DNA of 64,000 bases. It comes from Flavobacteriales bacterium (GTDB lineage Bacteria; Bacteroidota; Bacteroidia; Flavobacteriales_F; PHOS-HE28). Each line of letters opens with the position of its first letter. Position 1 is the stretch's first letter. Position numbers and translations under genes: made by a program. Below are positions 1-8,584 of the stretch, piece by piece. Below the pieces are notes generated by a model, which did not search any database, was not told the DNA's origin, and saw nothing but the letters and a program-made list of their open reading frames with translations. Location of the stretch: positions 2,369 to 66,368 of the forward strand of contig JBIIYP010000019.1 of NCBI GenBank assembly GCA_044346705.1. The letters are read 5' to 3'.

Positions 1-250
1 GCAACCCTGCGGACCCCTTCGGGCAAAGCGCGGAGGCCATCATCGCGCAGGCCGTGGCACCCTTCAGCTATCCGGTCCGCTATGGGTTCCCGGCAGGACA
101 CATCCTCGATAACCGCGCGCTGGTGCTGGGCCGAAAAGCGAAGCTCAGCGTTACCGCAGAGGGGGCAACACTGAGCTTCGGAAGTGAACTTGTGCTGTAG
201 GGATCGCTCCGCGCCCTCCGCGACTCCGCGTGAGGCCATCGGCGCGCTCC

Positions 251-880
251 TCAATTCCGCTCGAACTTGTTGAACCCGGCCGGGATCTCGAACAGGTTGG
301 GCTTCTGCACGCCCTTGGTCACCTTGGTCACCTCGAGCTTGCTCACCTCCGCGCCATCCATCTTGTTCTCCACACCGAGCATGGGGAACACGCCTTTCGC
401 ATCCTTGATCTCGAGGAAGAAGACGGCCTGCTCGTCCTTGCGGTTCAGGGTCTCCAGCAAGGGCACGAAGAAGCTGAACTCATCATTGGCCACCCAATAC
501 GTGATGGAACGGTCCTCCTTGGGGCTCTTCACCACCCATTTCTCGCACTTATAACCGGCCATGTCCTTCATCTCGCCGGTCTTCTTCACCTCCGTCTCCA
601 CCTCTTTCGGCAGGCGCATGTTGGGCACGTCCATGTACAATTTGCGGTCCGGGCTCAAGGCCGTTACGGCACGATCACGGGTGTCCACCAACATGATGCC
701 CTGCACATCGCCGCGTGAACTGATCTCTTCGATCCGGATGTGATCCCCCTTCACGTAGTACTTGTAATTGGTGACCACAGGGCCCATTGTCTTCGTGAAT
801 TCGATGATGCCTTCGAAGGCCTGGGCATGCGCTGACGGGAGTGAACCGAGGAGAAGGAAGTAGGTCAGAAGGCGTTTCAT
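251..880 (-). CDS. Hypothetical secreted protein, possibly a DUF4412-like lipoprotein. N-terminal signal peptide MKRLLTYFLLLGSLPSAHAQA.
   Basis: ORF 251..982 was trimmed to the internal ATG that starts a classic signal peptide. No catalytic motif was recognised. Confidence 0.5.
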   Translation of the reverse strand: MKRLLTYFLLLGSLPSAHAQAFEGIIEFTKTMGPVVTNYKYYVKGDHIRIEEISSRGDVQGIMLVDTRDRAVTALSPDRKLYMDVPNMRLPKEVETEVKKTGEMKDMAGYKCEKWVVKSPKEDRSITYWVANDEFSFFVPLLETLNRKDEQAVFFLEIKDAKGVFPMLGVENKMDGAEVSKLEVTKVTKGVQKPNLFEIPAGFNKFERN

Positions 881-998
881 CGCACGGGGGTGTTGATCGA
901 AGTACCGTTCGCTTGACGGAGGAGGCGGAAAGTTCCTCAATTTTAACACCTTGAACGGACCGCCCCGCCTTTGGTTACGCACAGGGTCCGTTGGTCAC

Positions 999-1373
999 AT
1001 GGCCGAACACCTACGCACCGGCGCCCAGGGCGAGCAACTCGCCTGCCACTACCTGGAGAACAAGGACCTGACCATCCTGCACCGCAACTGGCGGCACGGG
1101 CATGACGAGCTTGACATCGTGGCCCGTGACGGTCGTTTTCTGGTGTTCGTGGAGGTGAAGACCCGTTCCTCAGATCGCTGGGGAGACCCCGAGAATGACG
1201 TGAGCCCCGCCAAGATCCGAAAGCTGATGCGGGCCGTGGATGGTTACCTTGACGCGTTCCCGACCGAGCTGGAGCTGCGGTTCGACGTGGTGAGCATCAC
1301 GCTGAACGCCGGCCGGCCGGACATCCTGCATATCACAGACGCCTTCTATCCCACCCTCGATGAGCAAAGCTGA
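999..1373 (+). CDS. YraN family (UPF0102) putative endonuclease.
   Basis: About 125 aa with the LACHYLENKDLTILHRNWR ... ELDIVARDG ... LVFVEVKTR motifs typical of YraN/UPF0102. Start set at the ATG giving MAEHL. Confidence 0.75.
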   Translation: MAEHLRTGAQGEQLACHYLENKDLTILHRNWRHGHDELDIVARDGRFLVFVEVKTRSSDRWGDPENDVSPAKIRKLMRAVDGYLDAFPTELELRFDVVSITLNAGRPDILHITDAFYPTLDEQS

Positions 1374-3108
1374 CGGACCCCGCCGTGGACCCAAACGCAC
1401 AGGCAAACCCGCCAAGGCCAGTGGCACACGGGGTTCCGTGGAACGCCGCCCCCGCCGTGGGAAACCCGGTGACGACCCCATCGGCGATGACGACCGCGCC
1501 CGCCGTGCCTTCCGGGGTGAAGATGGCGACCGCCCTGCCTCGGCAGGCAGGCCTTCACGCCCCAGCCGCCCCGGCAGCGACAGGCCCTACCGCAGCGGAC
1601 CCCGTTCCGATGACCGTGGCGACCGCCCTGCCTCGGCAGGCAGGAGCCGACCCGGCAGCGACCGTCCCTACCGCAGCGGACCCCGTTCCGATGACCGCGG
1701 TGATCGCCCTGCCTCGGCAGGCAGGCCTTCGAGCCCTTCCCGCGCCGGCAACGACCGCCCTTCGGGTGACCGTCCTGCCTCGGCAGGCAGGCCCTACCGC
1801 AGCGGACCCCGCTTGGATGACCGTGGCGATCGTTCTTCACGTTCGAGCCGCCCAGGTAGTGACCGGCCGGCCAGTGATCGGCCCTATCGAAGTGGACCCC
1901 GCTCGGATGACCGTGGCGATCGTCCTTCCCGCCCCGGCCGCCCCGATCGTGATCGACCCAGCTCGGCGGGCAGGCCGTCCGGTGATCGACCGTACCGCAG
2001 CGGCCCACGCTCCGATGATCGGGGCGAACGCCCTTCACGCCCCAGCCGCCCGAACAGCGACAGGCCTTCCGGTGATCGGCCGTACCGCGGTGGTAGCGAT
2101 GGCCCAAGCCGTGGAAGCGATGGTCGCTTCGCCCCGCGTGAGGGTGGACGTCCCCAACGTCCATCTGGCGGTCGCAGTGATGATCGCCGTCCAGGGCCCT
2201 ACAGCGAGCGTCCACCGCGTACGCCCAAGGATGAGCGCAGCTACCGCCCGGACGACCCGGACGCCCGCAAGCCCTACCGCAAGGGCGAACGCAGCCAGCG
2301 CTTCAGCCTGCCGAACCCCGACAACGAAGGGCTGGTCCGACTGAACCGCTTCCTGGCACAGGCCGGGGTGGGCAGCCGCCGCGAGGCCGATGAGCTCATC
2401 AGCACGGGAGTGGTCACCGTGAACGGCAAGGTGGTCACCGAGCTGGGCACCAAGGTGAAGCCCGACGACGTGGTCCACTACGGGGGGCAGAAGCTGAGCA
2501 TGGAGCAGAAGCGCTACGTGCTGATGAACAAGCCCAAGGACACCATCACCACCACGGACGACCCGCGCGAGCGCCACACGGTGATGGACCTGATCGCCAA
2601 GGCCTGCAGCGAACGCCTTTACCCCGTGGGCCGCCTGGACCGCAACACCACCGGTGTGCTGCTGCTCACCAACGATGGCGACCTGGCCAAGAAGCTTACG
2701 CACCCCAGCCACGGCGCAGAGAAGATCTACCATGCCACGCTCGACAAGAGCCTTACCGTGGACGACCTCCACAAACTGGTGGAAGGCGTTCACTTGGATG
2801 ACGGCCCGGCTCGTGCCGAGGAGGCCAGCTTCGTGGGAGAGAACAAGCGCGAGGTAGGCCTGAAGCTGCACATGGGCCGCAACCGCGTGGTGCGCCGCAT
2901 GTTCGAGGCCCTCGGCTACGAAGTCGTGAAGTTGGACCGCGTGATCTTCGCCGGCCTCACCAAGAAGGACCTGCAACGCGGCCACTGGCGCCACCTTACG
3001 GACAAGGAGGTGACCATGCTGAAGCGCATGAAGAGCATTGCCACACCCACCACCAAGGCGGAGCGGGGCGGCGGAAGGCTGCGCGGCCAGCACTTCGGGG
3101 ACGAGTGA
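1360..3108 (+). CDS. rluB: rRNA pseudouridine synthase (RluB/RsuA family). It carries a ~320-aa low-complexity R/D/P/S-rich N-terminal extension.
   Basis: The C-terminal half has an S4 domain (LVRLNRFLAQAGVGSRREADELISTGVVTVNGK) and the RsuA-type catalytic motif (VGRLDRNTTGVLLLTNDGDLAKKL). The N-terminal half is in-frame tandem repeats (DRPASAGRPSRPGSDRPYRSGPRSDDRG...). The true start is uncertain. Confidence 0.8.
   Translation: MSKADGPRRGPKRTGKPAKASGTRGSVERRPRRGKPGDDPIGDDDRARRAFRGEDGDRPASAGRPSRPSRPGSDRPYRSGPRSDDRGDRPASAGRSRPGSDRPYRSGPRSDDRGDRPASAGRPSSPSRAGNDRPSGDRPASAGRPYRSGPRLDDRGDRSSRSSRPGSDRPASDRPYRSGPRSDDRGDRPSRPGRPDRDRPSSAGRPSGDRPYRSGPRSDDRGERPSRPSRPNSDRPSGDRPYRGGSDGPSRGSDGRFAPREGGRPQRPSGGRSDDRRPGPYSERPPRTPKDERSYRPDDPDARKPYRKGERSQRFSLPNPDNEGLVRLNRFLAQAGVGSRREADELISTGVVTVNGKVVTELGTKVKPDDVVHYGGQKLSMEQKRYVLMNKPKDTITTTDDPRERHTVMDLIAKACSERLYPVGRLDRNTTGVLLLTNDGDLAKKLTHPSHGAEKIYHATLDKSLTVDDLHKLVEGVHLDDGPARAEEASFVGENKREVGLKLHMGRNRVVRRMFEALGYEVVKLDRVIFAGLTKKDLQRGHWRHLTDKEVTMLKRMKSIATPTTKAERGGGRLRGQHFGDE
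1520..2110. repeat. In-frame ~90-bp (30-aa) tandem repeats inside the rluB 5' region, about 6 copies of DRPASAGR...PYRSGPRSDDRG units.
   Basis: Direct reading shows repeated cgccctgcctcggcaggcagg...ccctaccgcagcggaccccgttccgatgaccg units. Confidence 0.8.
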
Positions 3109-3242
3109 TCGCTCCCCTTACATAGTGCTCATCCAGCACACTTCATTCGGCCCCCGGCACGTTCTGTGCTCAACACCGCACTGTGAACGAACGGGCTTTT
3201 CTGAGGGTCAGGGCATTGCGACTGCGGGATACTTTTCGCATC

Positions 3243-5885
3243 ATGCCCGTTCTGCGCAAGCTCCGCAAGGTGCTCCTCGTCTCCGTGGGGGTCGTGGTGC
3301 TGCTGTTCGGCGCCCTGGTGGGCCTGGCCTATGCCTACGAGGAGGAGGTGCTGGCGGTGCTCCGCGACGAGCTGAACACGCACCTCACCACCCCCGTGCA
3401 GGTGGAAGGCATGGAGCTCACCTTGGTCAAGCGCTTCCCCCAGGCGAGCTTGCGCTTGAAGCACGTGATGGCCCGGGAGGCGCGGGGCGATAGCACGCCC
3501 GGTGACACCCTGCTCTACGCCGGCGATCTGTACCTGGAGTTCGGCCTCTTCGACCTGCTGCGCGGCGACTACACCATCAAGCAGGTGCACGGCCAGGATG
3601 TGCGGCTCTACCCCGGCCTGGACAGCACCGGCGCCGGCAACTGGACCATCTGGAAGACCGATAGCACCGCCACCAGCAACACGGCCTTCGCGCTGAACAA
3701 GGTGACCTTCGACGACCTGGCGGTGCGCTACCGCGATGCGCGCAGCGGCCTGGAGATCGTGGCCACCAGCCCCGACCTGGGCCTGCGCGGCAGCTTCCGC
3801 AGCGAAGGCAGTGAGGTGAAGCTCCGTGGTTTCGCCGACCTGGTGCACTGGAGCGACAAGGGCCGGACGGTGCTGCATGACCGCAACGCCCAACTGGCCT
3901 TGGAACTGGCCTTCGGCAGCGATGATGGGGCCTTCCGCATCACCAAGGGCGAAGTGCTCACCAACGATGTGGCCCTGAACGTGACCTTGGATGTGACCAC
4001 CGGACCCAAGGGTGAGGAGATCGACCTGAAGGCCAACGGCCTGGGTCTGCAACTGGCCGACGTGGTGGCCTTGCTCCCCGAGGTGGCGGTGAAGAAACTG
4101 AAGCGCTACGGCATAGAAGGCGACGCCGACCTGGCCCTGCACTACAGCGGCCTGATCGCCGAAGGGCCTTCGCTCAGCGCCGGCCTGAAGGTGCGCGACG
4201 GGCGGATGAAGGAGCAGCGCAGCGGCACGGTGTTCAAGGACATCCACGGGGAGTTCGCGGTGGACCTTCTGCCGGACGGGACGCCGCGCAAGCTCGTGGC
4301 CAAGGGCTTCAGCGCCCGCGCCGCCAGCGGCACCGTGAGCGGTTCGCTGGACCTGCAAGGCGTGAAGAATGCCAAGGTGAAGCTGGACCTTAAGGCCAAC
4401 ATCGCCCTCGCCGATCTGCTGCGCTTCGCCCAGGTGGACACCTTGGAACAGGTGCAGGGAACGCTTGTCGCCGATGCTCATGCCCTGGGCAAACTCCGCG
4501 ATGTGGGCGACATCCGTGCGGCCGATCTGCGCGCGCTGACCATGAGCGGCACCGCGCACCTGGCTGATGCCAGCCTGAAGCTGAAAGGTGTGCGCCACCG
4601 TCTCACCGAGCTGAACGCTGAACTGGCGTTGAAGGGCAACGACGCCACGGTGAGCGCTCTTTCGGCCAACGTGCAAGGCCAGCCCATCCAGCTCGATGGC
4701 ACCCTGCGCAACCTGATGTCCTACCTGCTCTTCCCCGATCAGTGCCTGGCCATTGATGCGCGGCTCGTGGCCCCCTCGCTGGACCTTGCCGCATTGCTCC
4801 ATGAGGAGGGCGGCGCAACAGGAACCGACTATGCGCTCGTCCTCCCCACCCTCATCGACCTCGACCTGCAGGCCGACATCGCGCAGCTCGCATTTGAGGA
4901 CTTCCGTGCTGAGCGCATCCACACCAAGCTGCGGCTGCATGACCAGGTGCTCAGCGCCGCGCCGCTCACCTTTGGCACTGCCGCAGGCACCGTGACCGCT
5001 GACCTGGAGCTCGATGGCCGTTCGGTGCGCGCGTATCCGTTGGCCGTGAACGCCTCGGTGAAGGGCATGGACATCAGCGCCTTCTTCAAGGAGTTCCAGG
5101 ACTTCGGGCAGACCTTCATCGGCCACAGGAACCTGAAGGGAACCACGCGCGCGCAGATCGCCTTCGCCGCCCCGCTGAGCCCTGCGCTGCAGATCGACCA
5201 GGACCGCATGGTCTGCGTCATCGACCTGGGCATCGACAAGGGCGAACTGATCGGCCACCAGCCGCTGATCGACGTGGCGGACTATCTGCGCAGCAACAAA
5301 CTCGTAGCACCCTTCGTGGATACGGACGAACTGAAGCGACGCCTTGCCCATGTGACCTTCAGCGACCTTTCGAACCAGATCGAGATCCGCGACCGCACCG
5401 TGTTCATCCCCAACATGCTGGTGCACAGCAGCGCCATGGACATCGAGGTGAGCGGCTCACAGTCGTTCGACGGCGGCATCGATCACCACCTCAACTTCCG
5501 CCTGAGCGACCTGTTCCGCAAGGGAAGTGGCGAGGACGAGTTCGGGCCCGTGCAGGACGATGGCACCGGTATGCGCGTGTTCCTTCACATGTACGGCACC
5601 ACGGCCGACCCGCAGTTCGCCAATGATGGCGCCATGGCCAGCGCGCGGCGCAAACAACAGCTGAAGCAGGAGACCGCCACGCTGAAGACCATCCTGAAAG
5701 AGGAGTTCGGCCGCGCTCCAGGCGAACGCACCACGCCCCCGCCCACTACGCAACCCGTCTTCACGGTGGAATGGGACGGCACGGACAGCACCACCACCGC
5801 TCTTCCGCCACCCCCCAAACGCCGGAAGGGATTGGGCCGCCTGCTCGATGACGATGCGCCGAAGCCCGTGATCACCGTTGAGTAA
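3243..5885 (+). CDS. AsmA-like / TamB-like outer-membrane assembly protein, ~880 aa, with an N-terminal TM anchor.
   Basis: N-terminal hydrophobic segment VLLVSVGVVVLLFGALVGLAYAY, followed by a long repetitive beta-rich periplasmic body typical of the AsmA family. Start set at MPVLRKL. Confidence 0.5.
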   Translation: MPVLRKLRKVLLVSVGVVVLLFGALVGLAYAYEEEVLAVLRDELNTHLTTPVQVEGMELTLVKRFPQASLRLKHVMAREARGDSTPGDTLLYAGDLYLEFGLFDLLRGDYTIKQVHGQDVRLYPGLDSTGAGNWTIWKTDSTATSNTAFALNKVTFDDLAVRYRDARSGLEIVATSPDLGLRGSFRSEGSEVKLRGFADLVHWSDKGRTVLHDRNAQLALELAFGSDDGAFRITKGEVLTNDVALNVTLDVTTGPKGEEIDLKANGLGLQLADVVALLPEVAVKKLKRYGIEGDADLALHYSGLIAEGPSLSAGLKVRDGRMKEQRSGTVFKDIHGEFAVDLLPDGTPRKLVAKGFSARAASGTVSGSLDLQGVKNAKVKLDLKANIALADLLRFAQVDTLEQVQGTLVADAHALGKLRDVGDIRAADLRALTMSGTAHLADASLKLKGVRHRLTELNAELALKGNDATVSALSANVQGQPIQLDGTLRNLMSYLLFPDQCLAIDARLVAPSLDLAALLHEEGGATGTDYALVLPTLIDLDLQADIAQLAFEDFRAERIHTKLRLHDQVLSAAPLTFGTAAGTVTADLELDGRSVRAYPLAVNASVKGMDISAFFKEFQDFGQTFIGHRNLKGTTRAQIAFAAPLSPALQIDQDRMVCVIDLGIDKGELIGHQPLIDVADYLRSNKLVAPFVDTDELKRRLAHVTFSDLSNQIEIRDRTVFIPNMLVHSSAMDIEVSGSQSFDGGIDHHLNFRLSDLFRKGSGEDEFGPVQDDGTGMRVFLHMYGTTADPQFANDGAMASARRKQQLKQETATLKTILKEEFGRAPGERTTPPPTTQPVFTVEWDGTDSTTTALPPPPKRRKGLGRLLDDDAPKPVITVE

Positions 5886-6265
5886 GTGTCAAGGATCAAG
5901 TGGCAAGGGACAATTCACAAGGGGCCACGGGATCGATCGCGGGAGCAGCGCATTGGAGGAAGGGCGATGGGCGATGGCTGAAGGAAGGAAAGGGCAAAGC
6001 CTGAGGATCCGGCAGCGGAGCTCTCTTCATCGGTCCATCGGTGTCCATCCGTGGTTGATCAAAGACGTCAGCGCGCTTGCGCGCGGTTCCATCTGCGTCA
6101 TCTGCGGTCAAGCCTCCTCGGAAGGAGCTGCGAGCCTGTCTGCCGCCAGGCAGGCCTGCGAGCACGCCGCCATCCGGTTCAGTACGCCTCTCAGCCCCGT
6201 ACTTCTCAGCGTCTTTGCGCCGTCATGGTGCACCATGTACGTAACTGAACACCGATCTTCACGCC

Positions 6266-7771
6266 GTGGATCTCTATTCCCGCAAGCAACGTTGGAAGCT
6301 GGTGCTGGCCCTCATCGCCATGGCGATCGTGGGGGCTTCGCTGTGGTACAGCAACCGCATCGTGGACAAGGTGCGTGAGGAGGAACGCAAAAAGGTGGAG
6401 CTCTGGGCGGAAGCCGTGAAGAGCCGCGCCCAGCTGGTCAACTACACCGACTCCCTGTTCCATCGCCTGCGCGAGGAGGAACGCAAAAAGGTGGAGCTCT
6501 GGGCCGAGGCCACGGACCGGCTGGTGAGCGGGGACCTGGGCGACCTGAGCTTCTACCTCAAGGTGATCAGCGACAACACCACCATTCCGGTGATGCTCAC
6601 CGATGCGGGCGGCAACATCCGCCAGACCCGCAACCTGGACTCCACGCTCACGCAGGACACCACCGCCATGCTCCTGGATGTGATCGCCATGGACAGCCTG
6701 CACGACCCGATCGTGATCAATGTCTTCGCGGGCGAAAAGCAATTCCTGCACTACAAGGACTCGAAACTGGTGACCGAACTGCAGGAGGTGATGGACGGCA
6801 TCATCAGCTCCTTCATCTCCGAAACGGTTATGAGCACGGCGGCCGTCCCCGTGATCTACACGGACAGCACCATGACCCGCATCATCGAGTACGGGCACCT
6901 CGACTCGGTGGTGGTGGCGGACAGCGCTGCCATGCAGCAACGCATCCGGTCCATGGCACAGTCCAACACACCCATCGCCATCGTCCTGCCCGGCAAGGGC
7001 CGCAACTACATCTTCTACGAGGAGTCCGTGGTGATCACGCAGCTGCGCTATTTCCCTTACGTGCAGCTGGTCATCCTCGGCCTCTTCCTCATTGTCGCCT
7101 ACGCGCTCTTCAGCCTGTTCCGAAACGCCGAGCAGAACCAGGTGTGGGTGGGCATGGCGAAGGAGACCGCGCACCAGCTCGGCACGCCGCTCAGCTCGCT
7201 CATGGCCTGGATGGAGCTGCTGAAGAGCAGGGGCACCGACCCTTCCGCGGTTACGGAGATGAAGAAGGACGTGGACCGCCTTGAGGTGATCACCGAACGC
7301 TTCAGCAAGATCGGCTCGGCACCGGACCTCACGCAGGAAAAACTCTACCACACGCTCCGCGCCACGGTCCTGTATCTCCGCCCCCGTCTCCCTTCCCGCG
7401 TGAAGATCGAGGTGCTGACGCCGGAGGACACCGAACGCACCGTACCCCTGAACCGCTCGCTCTTCAGCTGGGTACTGGAGAACCTGGTGCGCAACGCCAT
7501 CGATGCCATGGAGGGCGAAGGCAGCCTGACCATCGAGATCATCCCCGAAGGACCCGAGGTCCACATCGACATCACCGACACCGGCAAGGGCATCCCGACA
7601 GCCCAGTTCCGCACCGTGTTCCAACCGGGCTTCACCACCAAGAAACGCGGCTGGGGCCTCGGCCTCTCGCTTAGCAAACGCATCATCGAGCAATACCACG
7701 GCGGGCGGATCTTCGTTAAGCGATCAACGCCGGGTAAGGGGACGACGTTCAGGATCACGTTGAATGCGTGA
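6266..7771 (+). CDS. Sensor histidine kinase with an N-terminal TM, an extracytoplasmic sensor region, HisKA and HATPase_c domains.
   Basis: H-box HQLGTPLSSLMAWMELL. N and G boxes LVRNAIDAM ... DTGKGIP ... GWGLGLSLSKRII. Likely GTG start. Confidence 0.85.
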   Translation: MDLYSRKQRWKLVLALIAMAIVGASLWYSNRIVDKVREEERKKVELWAEAVKSRAQLVNYTDSLFHRLREEERKKVELWAEATDRLVSGDLGDLSFYLKVISDNTTIPVMLTDAGGNIRQTRNLDSTLTQDTTAMLLDVIAMDSLHDPIVINVFAGEKQFLHYKDSKLVTELQEVMDGIISSFISETVMSTAAVPVIYTDSTMTRIIEYGHLDSVVVADSAAMQQRIRSMAQSNTPIAIVLPGKGRNYIFYEESVVITQLRYFPYVQLVILGLFLIVAYALFSLFRNAEQNQVWVGMAKETAHQLGTPLSSLMAWMELLKSRGTDPSAVTEMKKDVDRLEVITERFSKIGSAPDLTQEKLYHTLRATVLYLRPRLPSRVKIEVLTPEDTERTVPLNRSLFSWVLENLVRNAIDAMEGEGSLTIEIIPEGPEVHIDITDTGKGIPTAQFRTVFQPGFTTKKRGWGLGLSLSKRIIEQYHGGRIFVKRSTPGKGTTFRITLNA

Positions 7772-7802
7772 GGGAAATGGGGGCGTTGAACAACGAAGAA
7801 GT

Positions 7803-8060
7803 TGGAGCGGCGAGTTGGCGAGCGGCAAGCGGCTGGTTGACCTGTCGGGGTTCATCGCTGAACAAGGAAGTCCGCGAGCGGCGAGTTGGCGAGCGGCAAG
7901 CGGCTGGTTGACCTGTCGGGGTTCATCGCTGAACACGGAAGTCTGCGAGCGGCGAGTTGGCGAGCGGCAAGCGGCGCGGTTTCGGGCAATTTCAGCATTG
8001 AACGAGGACGACAGCGAAGCGGCCAGTTGGCGAGCGGCAAGCGGCACTTTCGGAGCGGGG
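7803..8060. repeat. Intergenic tandem repeat. Two near-identical ~71-bp units plus two partial copies, core agttggcgagcggcaagcgg x4.
   Basis: Seen directly. The spacers between cores are themselves repeated, so this is not a CRISPR array. Confidence 0.8.
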
Positions 8061-8125
8061 TTGTCTCCTGAGCTTGCGAGCATGGTCGCGGAAGATTTAG
8101 ACTTAGCGACCAAAAACACATCACC

Positions 8126-8497
8126 ATGGCTGGTTTCCGGGACATGATCATCTACCAGAAAGCGTTCGATCTGACAATGCGGATCTTCTTCCTGAGCCAG
8201 AAGTTCCCCAAAGAGGAGATCTTCGGGCTCACCTCTCAGGTGCGAAGAAGCTCACGCAGTGTATGTGCCAATTTCGGTGAAGCCTATCGCCGTCGGCGTT
8301 ACCCTGCGCACATGGTCTCGAAGTTGACCGATTCAGATGCGGAGAACACGGAAACACAGGTCCACCTTGACGTAGCACTAGCCTGTGGCTATCTGACGCC
8401 GGAAGAAGTGAAGCCTCTGCTCGCGCTGAGCGAAGAGGTCGGCGTGATCTTGAATTCGCTCATCGAGAACCCCGAGAAGTTGGCCCTGAAGAAATGA
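8126..8497 (+). CDS. Four-helix-bundle protein (TIGR02436-like; formerly 23S rRNA intervening-sequence protein family).
   Basis: 123 aa with the MIIYQKAFDL ... IFFLSQKFPKEE ... GLTSQVRRSSRSVCANFGEAY pattern characteristic of this family. The local sequence is AT-richer than its surroundings. Confidence 0.7.
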   Translation: MAGFRDMIIYQKAFDLTMRIFFLSQKFPKEEIFGLTSQVRRSSRSVCANFGEAYRRRRYPAHMVSKLTDSDAENTETQVHLDVALACGYLTPEEVKPLLALSEEVGVILNSLIENPEKLALKK

Positions 8498-8584
8498 AGC
8501 TTACCTCTGACCGATAGTTGTGCATAAGGTGAGCTTACTTGCCGCTCGCCGCTTGTCGCTCTCCAATTGCCTCTGCTCCGAACG

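Noticed and set aside
1346-2344. ORFs 1346..2215 (-) and 1385..2344 (+), overlapping the rluB repeat region.
   Set aside because: These are alternative-frame or antisense readings of the repetitive GC-rich rluB 5' region. Only the rluB frame continues into a recognisable S4/pseudouridine-synthase domain.
3129-5426. 765-aa ORF on the minus strand.
   Set aside because: It is entirely antisense to the AsmA-like gene. The sequence is low-complexity and Ala/Gly/Leu/Val-rich, with no motifs. This is a typical GC-rich antisense artefact.
6206-7699. 497-aa minus-strand ORF.
   Set aside because: It is antisense to the clearly recognisable histidine kinase, and it has no motifs.
7803-8060. Repeat-spacer-like arrangement of a 30-bp core with ~41-bp intervening segments that superficially resembles a CRISPR array.
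   Set aside because: The 'spacers' are themselves nearly identical to each other, there are only 2 to 4 units, and no cas genes are nearby. It is a tandem repeat, not a CRISPR array.
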